DNA of 35,793 nucleotides from Jimgerdemannia flammicorona (GCA_003990765.1 RBNJ01000239.1:1-35793); one strand, 5' to 3'. Shown: positions 22,715 to 34,036, counted from the first letter of the stretch. A program made the numbers and translations. Notes: a model not told the origin generated them from the letters alone.

Positions 22715-24878
22715 GATTGATTTGTTGGTTGGAGGTAGTTCAGGGTGTCCATAAGAGGGCATCTACATTGGCATTGGTTCTTTCAGAGCGATGTACAATG
22801 GTTACATTATAAGCTTACAACTTCATTATCCATCTGGCATAGATTCCTTTGGGTTGTCTGGTTGTCAGTTGCCAGGTGAGAGCTGAGTGATCCATTTGGA
22901 TGGTGAAGTGTCTTCCAGCCAAGTAGTAGTGGAACTTTTCTATAGCCCAGATGACTGCAAGGCATTCCAACTTATAGGATTCATATTCTTTTTCAGCTTC
23001 TCGGGTTCCATGGCTGAGGTATGCAATGACATACTCCACTTTATCTTTCTTTTGAGCTAGGACTGCTCCTAGTTCTTGTGCACTTGCATCAGTCTGTAGG
23101 ATGAATTCTTGAGTCCAGTCAGATCTTCTGAGGATGGGTGCCTGAGTCAGTCTGACCTTGAGTTCGTCAAATGCTTTTTGTTGTCTACCAGTCCACTGGA
23201 ACTTAGTATCCTTCTTGTTAAGTTCATAGATTAGTCCTATAATATTAGAAAATTCTCTAATAAATCTGCAATAATAGGAGGCAAGTCCCATGAAGGCTTG
23301 GGCTTCTGTAATAGTGGTGGGTCTTGGGTATGCTGCCACTGCTTGTATCTTGAGGGGGTCTATGTATATTCCATCTTGGTTGATGATGTGGCTGAGATAG
23401 GAGATCTCAATTTCTGCGAATTTGTATTTTTTGGGCTTGATGTATAGGCCATACTTTCTCAGTCTTTCCATTATCTGCTGGATGTGCTGCAGGTATTCTT
23501 CTGGTATCTGGCTGTAGATGATTACATCATCAACATAGACTATTATCTATCTTCCCATATCATAGCAGAAGATTTTGTTCATCATTCGCTGGAAACTTGC
23601 TGGTACATTGCACATTCTAAATGGTATTCATAGGTAGACGTAGGTTCCATCTGAGGTGATGAAAGCTGATTTTTCACTTGCCATGTCTGTGAGTCTGATT
23701 TGGTGGAATCCTGAGTATAAGTCTAAAGTGATGTAGTACTGTGCTTCATCTCCCAGTGTTATGAGGATGTCATTGATGAGGGGCAGTGGTTGGAAATCCT
23801 ACTTGGTAACCATGTTGAGCTTTCTGTAGTCAATACAGAGTCTTGGGGGCAAATTCTCCAGGCTTGCTGCCTTTTTTTGGAGCTAGTACAACAGGTGAGG
23901 ACCAGGGGCTGCTTGCTTCTTTAATGATGCTGGCTTCTTCCATCTGCTTGATTTCTTCTCTGAGCCATTCTCAGTAGGCTGGCGGGACAGGTCTTGCCTT
24001 CTGATAAATTGGTTCAGTGTCTCCAGTATCTACTTCATGATAGTAGTGTGGGATCTTTCCTTTGATATCCTTGAAATCTGTGGTAAGGATATCTTCAAAT
24101 TTGTGGAGTATTTCCTTGAGTTCTTTCTTGAGTGGAAATTCATTTCCAATGGTGTAGCTGTGCTTGCTTGTGTTTTCCTCCTTCTTATGCTCAAGTTCAG
24201 TGATCTTGGTATTGGCAAATACTCCTCTTCCTGTGGATCCAAATCCTTTCTTTCCTCTTTTCGTTTCCTCCAGCTTCTTAACTTTTATGATCTTTGGTTG
24301 TAGTATCAGAAAGATCAACATTTGCACCAATCGGTCCTTCTTCTTGACTGGAAATGGGATTGTAGGATTGTGATTCCTAGCAATGAGTAGAATTTCTCCC
24401 ATATAGTCTGAATCAATGACTCCTCCTTCAATTGTGATTTCGCTTCTAGCCAGGCTGTTTCTTATCTTGAGAATCCTGACATGATCCTTTGGGATGGTCA
24501 TCTTCAGTCCAGTTGTGAGTAGGGTAGTTGTCTGGGGTTCCAGTACAGTCTCTTCTACTGTAGTGATGTCCATTCTAGCTGCATTTTCTGACTTGTATTC
24601 TGGCAAGACTGCATTAGGGTGGATCTTTTGAATCTTGACCTTGATTTCTTCTTCATCATCACTGTCCTCCAGGAGAGCTGGTGGTTCATCATATTCCTCC
24701 TTCTCTTCTTCCCTGATCTGTTTTTCGAGAGCTTTCTGCCTTCTTTCCTGATGGATCTTCCTGATTCCAATGGTGCACTGGTAGCAATCATTGACATACT
24801 CCATACAGTACATCTTGATCCCATGAGGACAGACTCCTTGTGGTACATAACCTTTTGCCATCTTCTTGTACCATTCTT
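22707..24878 (-). pseudogene. pol: Cys/His finger-dUTPase-RT-RNaseH portion of element E pol
   Basis: SPWSSPVVL, YVDD at 23526-23537, FILQTDAS, KLECLAVIWA. One +1 frameshift near 23845 relative to element D. Confidence 0.95.
24229..24645 (-). other. dut: dUTPase domain within pol
   Basis: Trimeric dUTPase motifs: AARMD (AGxD), RNSLA, GGVIDSDYMGEI, RLVQM, RGKKGFGSTG. Confidence 0.95.
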
Positions 24879-24955
24879 TTTTTTTTTTTTTTTATAGTCC
24901 CTTGGACTCCATCTTTATTACTAGTCTATGAATAAGTATACAATATCACCACCCA

Positions 24956-27900
24956 CTATCTGATCCCCATTGGGGGGCCCCTCCCCACCTCTTCACAGAC
25001 AAAGACCACCCTCTCACCAACAACTCCAACTCTCCCACCACTCTGACCACAGATTTTCACCACTAAGCGGCGCCTCCGACCCCCCTGCAGCCCCCAACCA
25101 AGCCACCAGCCCATCAAGACATCCTCCATAAGGCACTGCCACCTTGATAACCAACTCCCCAAGCTCTGTCGCCTCTCCTCCTCAAATACAAATAGCCAGT
25201 GACTGGCCAGCCCAACCCAAATAGCCAATGCCCAGCCCAGAGTAATCCACTCCTCCTCTACCCCTCCTATCAATCAATCCCTCAGGTCCTCCCACCTCCC
25301 CCATATATCATCACCCCTACATCTTACCCCCAAGTAGTCCCCAATAGCCCGCCAAAAGTCTCCCAACACCTCACACTCCCCTAGCCAATATTCTGGCATC
25401 TGTACAAATCCCCCTTCCTGCCCTACATTATGGCACTCCTTGCAGTCAAAGCAGCCCCCTACAACCAGGTGTCCTGAGCAGAAGTTAAGCATTACATTTC
25501 TCTTCAGCACACACCACCAGACCACTCAGTACTTCGGCGGCATCCAATTCTTCACCATGGCACTCCAGGTCTAGACCCCATACCAGTCCCACTCCTCACC
25601 AATTCTAACTCCTTGCCAACCACTAGGCCACAGATCCTGGTCTGGTCCTCTTTGGCATTTGATGCCATCACTAATGTTGAACTCAAGTAAAGGCATATCT
25701 CCCAGAAGAATGCCATCCCATCTCCACATCGCCAGGCCCCAAGCTCTCTCCTCCTCATCCCCTCACCAGTGAATACCAATGCAGTGTGCCCCCTTGGCTA
25801 TCCCCCACCAGAAGTCTTTATATCTCAGTTGCGCAGTGTTCTGAAGCCCAACTAATGATAGAAGATCACTAGTCAAGCCTCTTGGTGATGTCCGCCTCTC
25901 CTATACCTTCTGTAGTAGAGAAACCCAGTCCCCTCCACACAACTCCACTGCCCTCCTCAGCTACCATGCCCTCAAGCAGTGTAGTCTTTTGGAGAAGTCC
26001 ACCAGCCCAAGACCATCTCTCACCACTGATAGGGACAAAGTCTCCCAACCAATCTGACTATGTCTGCCAGCCCAAATTCATCCCTTGGCCACCTTCACCA
26101 ATCTCTTCACCACCCAAGCTGGGAAGTCCAGATGATAAGCCAAATACCACAGCTTCGGCAGCCAGTATACATTCAAAATCGAGATCCTTCCTGCCAGAGA
26201 GAAGTGTCTACCCCCCCAACCCCATAGATTCTCCTCCCAAATTCCAATCCTCTGCTCCCACCACAGCCTGGGCAAAACAGACCCATAGACCGACAAATAG
26301 ATGCCCAAGTACCACACTGCCCCTCTGGTGGGGACAATTGTTCCAATAACTTCTCCGCCCACCAGACCATTGCCCAGCACCATTGTTTCACACTTGTGCC
26401 AATTCAGCTTTGCCCCAGAGTTCTCCTCATACCACTCCACTGTCTTCTTGAGCTCCTCGACATCTGCTGTCACTTCCAAACCAACCACCATATCATCTGC
26501 AAAGGCTCCAACCTTCCAGCCAACTCTATAGATAAAGAGCCCCACTATCCTCTACTGAATCCTGTCCATTAGAGGTTCCAAAGAAAGAGCATACAAAATG
26601 GGGGACAGTGGGTCCCCCTGGGGCACTCCCCTACCTAGAGGGAAAGCTACTCCTCTATGCCCATTACACACAAGCACAGCCCTACTCCTTTCCAGTAGGC
26701 TGACCATCACTGACCGAAATGGGACCAGAACCCCAATTCTATCTAATACTTTCACCAGCCAGACTCGCTGCACCCTGTCATAAGCCTTCTCCTGATCCAA
26801 GAAGATGAGATGCCCATCTAGTCTACAGGCTCGAGCACCTTCAATAACTCCATGAATCCAGGCCATGCCATCTCGAATAAGCTGACCCCCTATGAAGCCC
26901 CTCTGCTCAACACCCACAATTTGCTGGGCTACCTTCTGTAGCCATGCGACCACCACCTTAGTCACCAACTTTCTGTCCATATCAAGTAATATTATTGGTC
27001 ACCAGTTCTTCCAATCCTCTCGCCTACCCTTATTCTTATAAAGCAGCATCACCAGCCCAAGATCCTGCTCCCCCACCTATCTCCCTGACTGTAATATAGA
27101 GTCGCACATTGCTGTCATCTCCCCCAACATGCCCGGGACTCCAACCATTCACTTCCAGAAGTCCTAGGGGAGGCCATCCTCCCCAGGCGCCATACCCGAG
27201 GCTGTCATGGCAAGAATCTGGTAGATCTCATCCTCCTTTACAGGCACCACCAGGTCACCTAGTCCTTCAGCTTGTGGTGGGTGCCAATCTTCCAATGTTT
27301 GGTCAATGGCCATAGCATCCACCCCACCCTCTTTCTTACTCTACAATCTACTCCACCATGCCTTCAGCGTTCCAAGGATGTCCTGTACACCATGCACTAG
27401 TACACCATCCATGTCAAGTACCCCTTCCCACCACTGCTGTACCCTTCTTGCCTGAAGTGCCCTTGTGAGGAACTTGGAAGGCCTCTCCCCTTCCTCCAGC
27501 CCCTGCCAATGAAGCTGTGCCACCAGGCCTTGCACCCTGGACTCTTCCTCTTCCCGCAGCACCTGTTGTAGTTCCCCGACCTCCATCTTCACCCTCGTTA
27601 TTCTCCAATTCTCTTCTCCCTCCACTACTGTCAGTCTCGCCCACTCCTCCAGGAGCCTAACCAATCTAGTAGAAGCCCAATGCACTTTCTGCCTTCACTG
27701 CTTCCCAGCCACTCTGCCAGCCTCACTCCAATACATCTTAGCCATCTCTTTCATCCTCATCCACTGAACCCCAATCACGGCCCCTTCCTACTGCCAATTC
27801 ACCACCTTCATCTGAATGTCATTTGCCCATTCCTCCCACCATGACTCATCATCCAACAAGGAGGAATTTAGGTGCCAATGTCCAGGCCCATCACCACTTC

Positions 27901-28612
27901 CCCCAAAACACCCCTGTCCCAAAAGGCCCCAGTAATCTGACCACAGACACCATTCTACCTCTAGTACCTTCCAAATGTCACAGCCCCAACAGTCGGCCAT
28001 CAGAATCCAGTCAATCCTTGTCCCCAAACCTCCAGCCCAATGCGTATATACCCTCCTCTCTCCCCAGTACTCTCTACCAGCATCCATCAGTGCTCCTAGT
28101 CTTTCAACCTCCTCCCACATCACCAGCCCCCCACTCCTGCTCTCAGCACCCCGTCCTCCATCAGTTCTATTCAGCCATACATCCTGAACCATATTGAAAT
28201 CTCCTCCAAGCATATCCAACCCAGCTTCAGCAAGGATCCCACTCTCTAGGAGCCCTTTCACCCAATCTACATGCTCCCCCCACACAGCAGGGCAGTAACA
28301 GGAGCCAACTGTGACTGGCTCCCAACCTGCATGAATCCACTCACCCCAGACCAGTCTCTCTCCCCAGCTCCTCACATCCCTTATCTCCCCTCTGCCTTTT
28401 CGAACCAGAATCCCGACCTTGCTGTTCCAAATTGCCATACCACCCCATTCCTTAGTCCATTTCATCCTATCAGAGTCATCCTCGCACCTGACATCCTGCA
28501 AGAGGAAGAGATCGGCCTCCAATCCCTTCAACCAAATAAAAATGTTCCTGCATCTAACTGCGCCCCTTAGCCCATTCATATTCAAAGAAAAAATGTTGGT
28601 TGTACTGTTCAT
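24956..28612 (-). pseudogene. LINE ORF2 (APE endonuclease, RT, C-terminal Cys/His motif)
   Basis: Motifs SLNMNG, LQD, GGDFN, RIDW, SDY (SDH); LDQEKAYDRV, GVPQGDPLSP, FADD, YLGI; DCKEC...E(H/Y)WLGEC. Fragments share one frame and are broken by stops. Confidence 0.95.
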
Positions 28613-28642
28613 AATGAAATACTATTTGTTTGCAATCAATCT

Positions 28643-30673
28643 CTACTGCTCTATACCCATCTCCTCCTGTGCCTTGTCCAGATTATGTTCAGCCATCACC
28701 TCCTCCTCTTCAGCCCTCTGAGCCTCCAGTCCAGCCAACAGCTCATTCATCTCCTTATCAGCCTTCTCCTCAAACTCCTCTCTGTACTTGATGCAAGCCT
28801 CCTGCCAAAGCTGCAACCCATGATGCCTGTTCCAACAGTACTCAGCCTTCTCCCCAGCAACAACTGCTAACTCTGCCTCCCTCTCCTTGTCCACCTCATA
28901 CCCTTCCTCCTCCAGATACACTGCGAGAATTTCCACCTTCAGCACTATCACCACTCCTTCCCTCTGCAGAATTCTCGTCCAGTACTCATCACCCATCCCA
29001 CGCAAGTCCACCTCCCCTAGCTCTTCTGCCGCCAGGTTATTCATCATCCGACACATCCAAAGTAGGTTCCCCACCTCCTTCCCCCCCGGGGTCGCTGGCC
29101 TCCCTCCACCCAGCATTGTGGTGTCAGCTCCCGCACTCGCGTCCTCATCCTATACCTCCGGGACATCTACCAGTTCCTCCTCCCCAGCCACCACTACTTG
29201 GTCCCCATCCATCACCTCCGGAATGCTGAATTTCACCTGCTGGGTCCCCAGCATCATCACGTCCTCCCCAGACTTGTTCCTGGAAGCCAGGCCATGCCTG
29301 ATAAGTGGGGAAGGGGTGGGGGAATTCTCCCAGCCTTCATCCCAAACCTCCAAGGTACCGTCAGCATATGGGTTGCTAATCTTCACCTCTTGAGCCTTCC
29401 CTGTCTTTGTCCCATCATTCCCACTCCTCTCACCAGCCCAGACACTTGCTCTAGCTCCTTCTACACCCATCTTCACACTCACATCCTTCTGTGATCCACC
29501 CCCCAGTTTAGCCAGCAGATCCTTCTGTCTTTTCTGCCCCTGAGCCCTTTCCCACTGCACCTTGTCCACTTGAATCCTCTTTCCATCCACCACCTCCAGG
29601 TGCATCAACTCCTCAAAAGTCTTCCAGGCCTTAGCTCGCCATTCCACAGCTCCATCCAGCTCCTCCAGTGCTTCCAATAAATCCTCCTCCTCTTCTTCAC
29701 TTCTTTTCACCCACGTCACCTTGCACAGGAATGCTCCCCAAACTATCACTGAAGGCCAGTCCCTTGTCTTCCTGGTAGCCTCTTTCCCAGCCAGCCGAAT
29801 TCTCACATCCACATCTCCAGTCCTAAGTATGGTCCCTTCCCAGACCCTGAATCCAATATTCACCACCTCTCCATACTCAGCCATGATATCCTCCACTCTC
29901 TTTCTTGTCTCCATTGCCATCACTGTGGGTACTCCTTTCACCAGCAGTTGGACCACCCTCAGATCCCATTTCAAATACCTCGCCATCGGAACACACACCT
30001 CCCCAACCACCAACCCAACCTTCAGTGCCTCCTCCAGTGGTTCAACCTCCTCAAAACCCACCTCCACCCCCTCTAGTTCCTTCAGAAACTTCACCAAAGC
30101 TGCTTCTGCCACCTGCTTAGCGATAAGCCCCAACACCATTTTTGCCATCACTGCTAAGCCCTGGAAGCACAGCATGACCGTGAATGCCAAGATTGACTTC
30201 TTGAGTAATGGAGCCACTGTCAGTCCCATTACACCATCTGCCAAGTCCCCGGGCCTCGTGCCCTTCCCACCACTTGGCTCACCATCAGCAGTCCCATCTA
30301 GATTTTTTTCCAGATCACCCATCACACCCCCATCAGCAGTCCCTGCCCCAGCTGCAACCCCCCCAGCTCCACCCCTATGGCCCTCCAGAGAGGTACCCCC
30401 AAGAGGTTGCTGTCTGGAAGTCTTCACCGGTACCTTCCCCCCTCTCAGCCAGCTCTCCAGTCCAGCTCCCTGCTGACCCCCCTTCACTTTCTCTGCAAAG
30501 CTCACCCTGCCAGACCCTTGACCTCCAGCTCCACCCCCTCCTCCACTGCGGCCTCCCGCCAGCAGGCCACTCATACTTCCCCCCAAGCCGGGGCCTCTCC
30601 CCACTTGCTGCCATTCAAATACTCCAGGGCCACCCTGCTCAGTATGCACCTCTGGCTGCTCATTGGTCGCTAT
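28643..30673 (-). pseudogene. LINE ORF1 (Gly-rich N-terminus, RRM-like core, coiled-coil C-terminus)
   Basis: ORFs 29150-30649 and 28643-29116 are in frame across one stop. The likely start is ATA (from ATG) at 30673, and the ORF lies 30 nt upstream of ORF2. Confidence 0.85.
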
Positions 30674-30777
30674 GATACTAGTAGCTTTTCTCCAGAAACT
30701 GTGTCAAAAGTGTTGCCAAAAGATTGTGTAACCTGAATGTTACTAGAGAAAGATACTCTTCTTCATGCACTATTCTT

Positions 30778-32603
30778 CTTTACTCATCCATCCAACTTTC
30801 TTCTTCTTTAGAGTAGTCACTATATACATAAGCTTCCTCTTGCTTACTCTCTTCTTCCTCCATATCAGGCAGGACTCCTTTGTTGACATTGATGGGAATT
30901 CATATCTTCTGTCTCCAGTAGATGATCTGCATCTTCTGAGCATTGAGATCGATTACTGCCTTGGCTTTGTGAAGCCATTGATTGCCAATAAGGATGTCAT
31001 AGTTAGTGGTATTAGTTACAATTATATCTACTGGGATTGTTGCTCCTCCAATCTTGATGGGAACATCTCAAATCTTTCCCAAAGGTGTGGCTCTTGTGCC
31101 ATTAGCTGTGACAAACACCAGCTTAGTTGCTTCTTCCACATCCCAACCTAGGCAGTCCGCTGCCTTCTTGCTGAGAAGACATCTTCCTGCTCCCATATTA
31201 ATGATGGCTTCAAAGATTCTATCTTCGATTTGGCATATTACATATGCAGAGGTTTTGCAATTGTCCTCACTTTCTTCTCCTGAGTCCTCTTGAATATTAT
31301 TGGCCTCTGTTATCTTCCATCCTTGTTCCTTAGTTGTTTCGGTAAGTCCAAACCTCATTTGCTGTCTGAATGTTGGGATTTCTGTGAGCTGACCAAAGGT
31401 TGCATTGATCTTTTATTGACTGAGGTCCTTGAAGATATCATACTTGAAGGTCTTGGTCTTGTGAAGCTTTTTTTCTTTTTCTCCTTCACTAACTGGAGTG
31501 ATTCCTCAGATGATATCTTGAACTGCTTGCTCCAGCTCAATATCTTGGTCCATCTCTTTGGCTTGGCTTTGTATGGCAGTTTTCATCTGCTTTTCCACTG
31601 GGTTCTTCTTGGGTCTTCCTGGTGGTCTCTTGTAGAGTTCTTTGCGAATATCCTTCTTGGTGGTCTGAGCAGGATAGGCCTTCCATTTCTCTTCATCAGA
31701 TTCTCCGATTTCTTCAAAGGTGATTGTATTGGCCTGCTCCTTATTTTGTATAGCATTGCTTGGTTGAGCCTTGCACTTAGTTTCGCTCATACATTCATAG
31801 GAGTAGTGGCCTTCTTCTCTACAGCTGTAGCAGGTACCTTTCTTCTTGTCTAAAGTGGTGGCAAACTTCTGAATAGGGCAGCAGTCTCTTTCTCAAATTT
31901 CCTTTATCATGTCTCCTAGGTGGGCAGTCATTTCGGCAAACCTTTTGGCGAGTTCTTCCATAGGGTCACTGTTCTTTTGCTGCTCTATAGCTTTTGGCTG
32001 AGGTGTGTTTCAATTGATCATTGTAGTAGAGATTATACTGGTTGCCTTGAGTGCTTCAATTCTGACTCCTGTGACCCTTTCCATTGTATGGTCTTGTGGA
32101 TGTCTGGCTATCCAGTATCGCTGAGCATAGGTGACCTTCTGTGGCAGATCCAGAATCACTGGTGATGAGCAGATGGCTATGGCTATTTCTGGATGGACTC
32201 CTTTCATGAAGGTTGCTTTGGCTACTTGATCTTAGATAGCAGCAGCATAATCTATAAGGATTATCTGATATCAAATTCTGGTATAGAATGTGTTTGGATT
32301 CTTGCTCATTCCTTGGCATATTGTATTGAGCTGATCCTTCAGGGCTTGCTTGATCTCATCTGTATAATATGTATTATGGAGCCAGGTCTTCTGTGCTGTC
32401 AGTATAGCATCAGTATCATTTCCTGCATGAGTTGTGGCTATGAATGATGCTCTGGCAAGACCTTGTAGGCTGAAGGGCATGAGGGCTACTTGCTGTGCTG
32501 CTGTCAGGATTCTTACAGTAGTATACTGTTCGAAATCGTCAATGAAGGTGATGATTGATTCATCTGAGGTATATCCATAGAATACTGGTGGTCTTATATC
32601 CAT
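30778..32603 (-). pseudogene. gag: gag-protease portion of element E
   Basis: MDIRPPVFYG; zinc knuckle CYSCREEGHYSYEC (~31791-31832); RPPGRPKK; protease IINMGAG (DTG in consensus with D) ... DILIG. Single frame with stops. Confidence 0.93.
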
Positions 32604-32696
32604 CTTATCTGGGTATTGGAACTCAGTTTGTATGGTTGTTTGGGTAGTGGCAGTTGTTCATTGTTTAGCTTAAAAGTGAGGGATTTGTCTTGAATT

Positions 32697-32714
32697 ACCA
32701 GCCAATAGGCACCA
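32697..32714 (-). promoter_or_regulatory. Primer-binding site of element E
   Basis: TGGTGCCTATTGGCTGG begins 3 nt after the 5' LTR; TGG pairs with the tRNA CCA end. Confidence 0.8.
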
Positions 32715-32717
32715 AGT

Positions 32718-33184
32718 TGTAACATAGCAGATGCTTACTCTTGAAAGTATGTTGGATTTCTGTATCTTGAAAACTTGACTGTTCTGACCTTCGCAGAGTC
32801 TCTTGAAGTTGCAGGGGAGGGTGGGTGAGTTTGAAGTGTATCTGCCTACAGGCTTACTAGTTCTTTTACTATCTCTTTGCTTTGAACTATTTCGATCTGA
32901 GGTTTATTCACTTGAAGATACTGGGTTATTTATATAAGTTTGCTAGCTATGAGATGGTTACTGGGTTATGTGGCTAAGTTATGAGTCATTTAACACTTTG
33001 CAAAATATTTTGCCAGTTGCGAAATACTATACTAAATCGAGAAGCTCAATCTTGTACTTTGTGAAATATTTAGTAAATGGCAGAATCAAGGACTGCTAAC
33101 TATGTGGCTATACTACTTTGAGACTGGGTGCAATCAAGTATCTGTTCCCTATTTCCTTCTTCCAAATTTGGCTATACCATCACA
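32718..33184 (-). repeat. 5' LTR of element E
   Basis: Direct repeat of 20566-21032. Confidence 0.96.
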
Positions 33185-33237
33185 ATATATATTACTAGAA
33201 CTATATATTTTTAGAAGTTTAAATAGATACTTTAAAG

Positions 33238-33530
33238 TAGTGCTCTTAATAAATTAAATCAAAAGTTGAGATTCAATTTAAACTCTATTTTTTAAAATAT
33301 AATTACTTAATGAAAATATGTCCAAATTTAATAATATTTAGCTTATTAGATTTCTCTATATAAGAGAAATCTAACAAGTTAAATATTGTTAAATTTGAAT
33401 ATATTTTTATCAAGTTATTATATTTTGAAAAATAGGGTTCAAATTAGACTCTCAATTTAATTCAAATTTAATTTAATTTGTACTTTATTCAAATTGAAAA
33501 ATCTCTAATTTGATTTATTTGAGAGCACTA
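33238..33530. mobile_element. hAT-type foldback MITE
   Basis: TIRs TAGTGCTCT / AGAGCACTA; 8-bp TSD CTTTAAAG / CTTTAGAG. Confidence 0.9.
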
Positions 33531-33564
33531 CTTTAGAGATAAAGTAATCTATTTAGAAGAAAGT

Positions 33565-33890
33565 TATAATAGTTAATCTGAAATAAAAATAAGAATTAAA
33601 AGAATAGATATTTAATTATAGTACTTAAATCTAATTCTCAAAATATAGTTAATAGTTACTCAATCTTACAGATATAAGAAATATATGGTTATAAGCTTTC
33701 TACAGATATAAGGATCTTGTAGTTATAAAAGATAACTTATAAGAAAAAGAAGTTTTAACTTAACTACTATATAGTTAGTAAACTTATATAAATATCTTCA
33801 GTATCTAGAGTAAATAAACCTCAGATTAAAAAGAGTTTAGGCCTCACCCTGATAGTCTTATAATGAGATCAGATAGATATTATCTATAAT
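33565..33890 (+). repeat. 3' LTR of element F, truncated at its 3' end
   Basis: Colinear with 11179-11468 and preceded by a degenerate PPT (33547-33564). Confidence 0.82.
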
Positions 33891-33926
33891 ATTCTAAAAA
33901 AATTCATAACTAAGATAAGATACTTA

Positions 33927-34036
<110 letters not shown>

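Larger units (their letters stand above)
24879..30765 (-). mobile_element. Full-length L1/Tx1-like LINE (~5.9 kb)
   Basis: Poly-T at 24877-24893 with AATAAA; ORF1 + ORF2; TSD TGTACCATTCTT (24867-24878) / TGCACTATTCTT (30766-30777). Confidence 0.95.
20566..33184 (-). mobile_element. Complete Ty3/Gypsy element E (dUTPase-bearing) with LINE insertion
   Basis: 467-bp LTRs at 20566-21032 and 32718-33184, ATAT TSD, PBS 32697-32714, PPT 21033-21043. Confidence 0.97.
11179..33890 (+). mobile_element. Non-autonomous LTR element F (TRIM/LARD-like, ~0.8 kb non-coding interior) hosting nested insertions
   Basis: Matching plus-strand LTRs at 11179 and 33565. A PBS/leader follows the first, and a degenerate PPT (ATCTATTTAGAAGAAAGT, compare ATCTATTCAGGAGGAAGT in E) precedes the second. 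Confidence 0.7.

Noticed and set aside
23835..23855. Possible programmed frameshift in RT of element E
   Set aside because: Element D is in frame at the same site, so this is a single-base insertion in a G run.
30815..30835. Frame break between protease and dUTPase region in E (4-bp duplication)
   Set aside because: Element D is in frame here. This is a copy-specific microduplication, and an excision footprint cannot be supported.
25882..32447. Long plus-strand ORFs (e.g. 29721-30476, 28887-29393, 31290-31853)
   Set aside because: They are antisense shadows of purine-rich LINE and gag coding strands, with low-complexity Ser/Pro/Leu composition.
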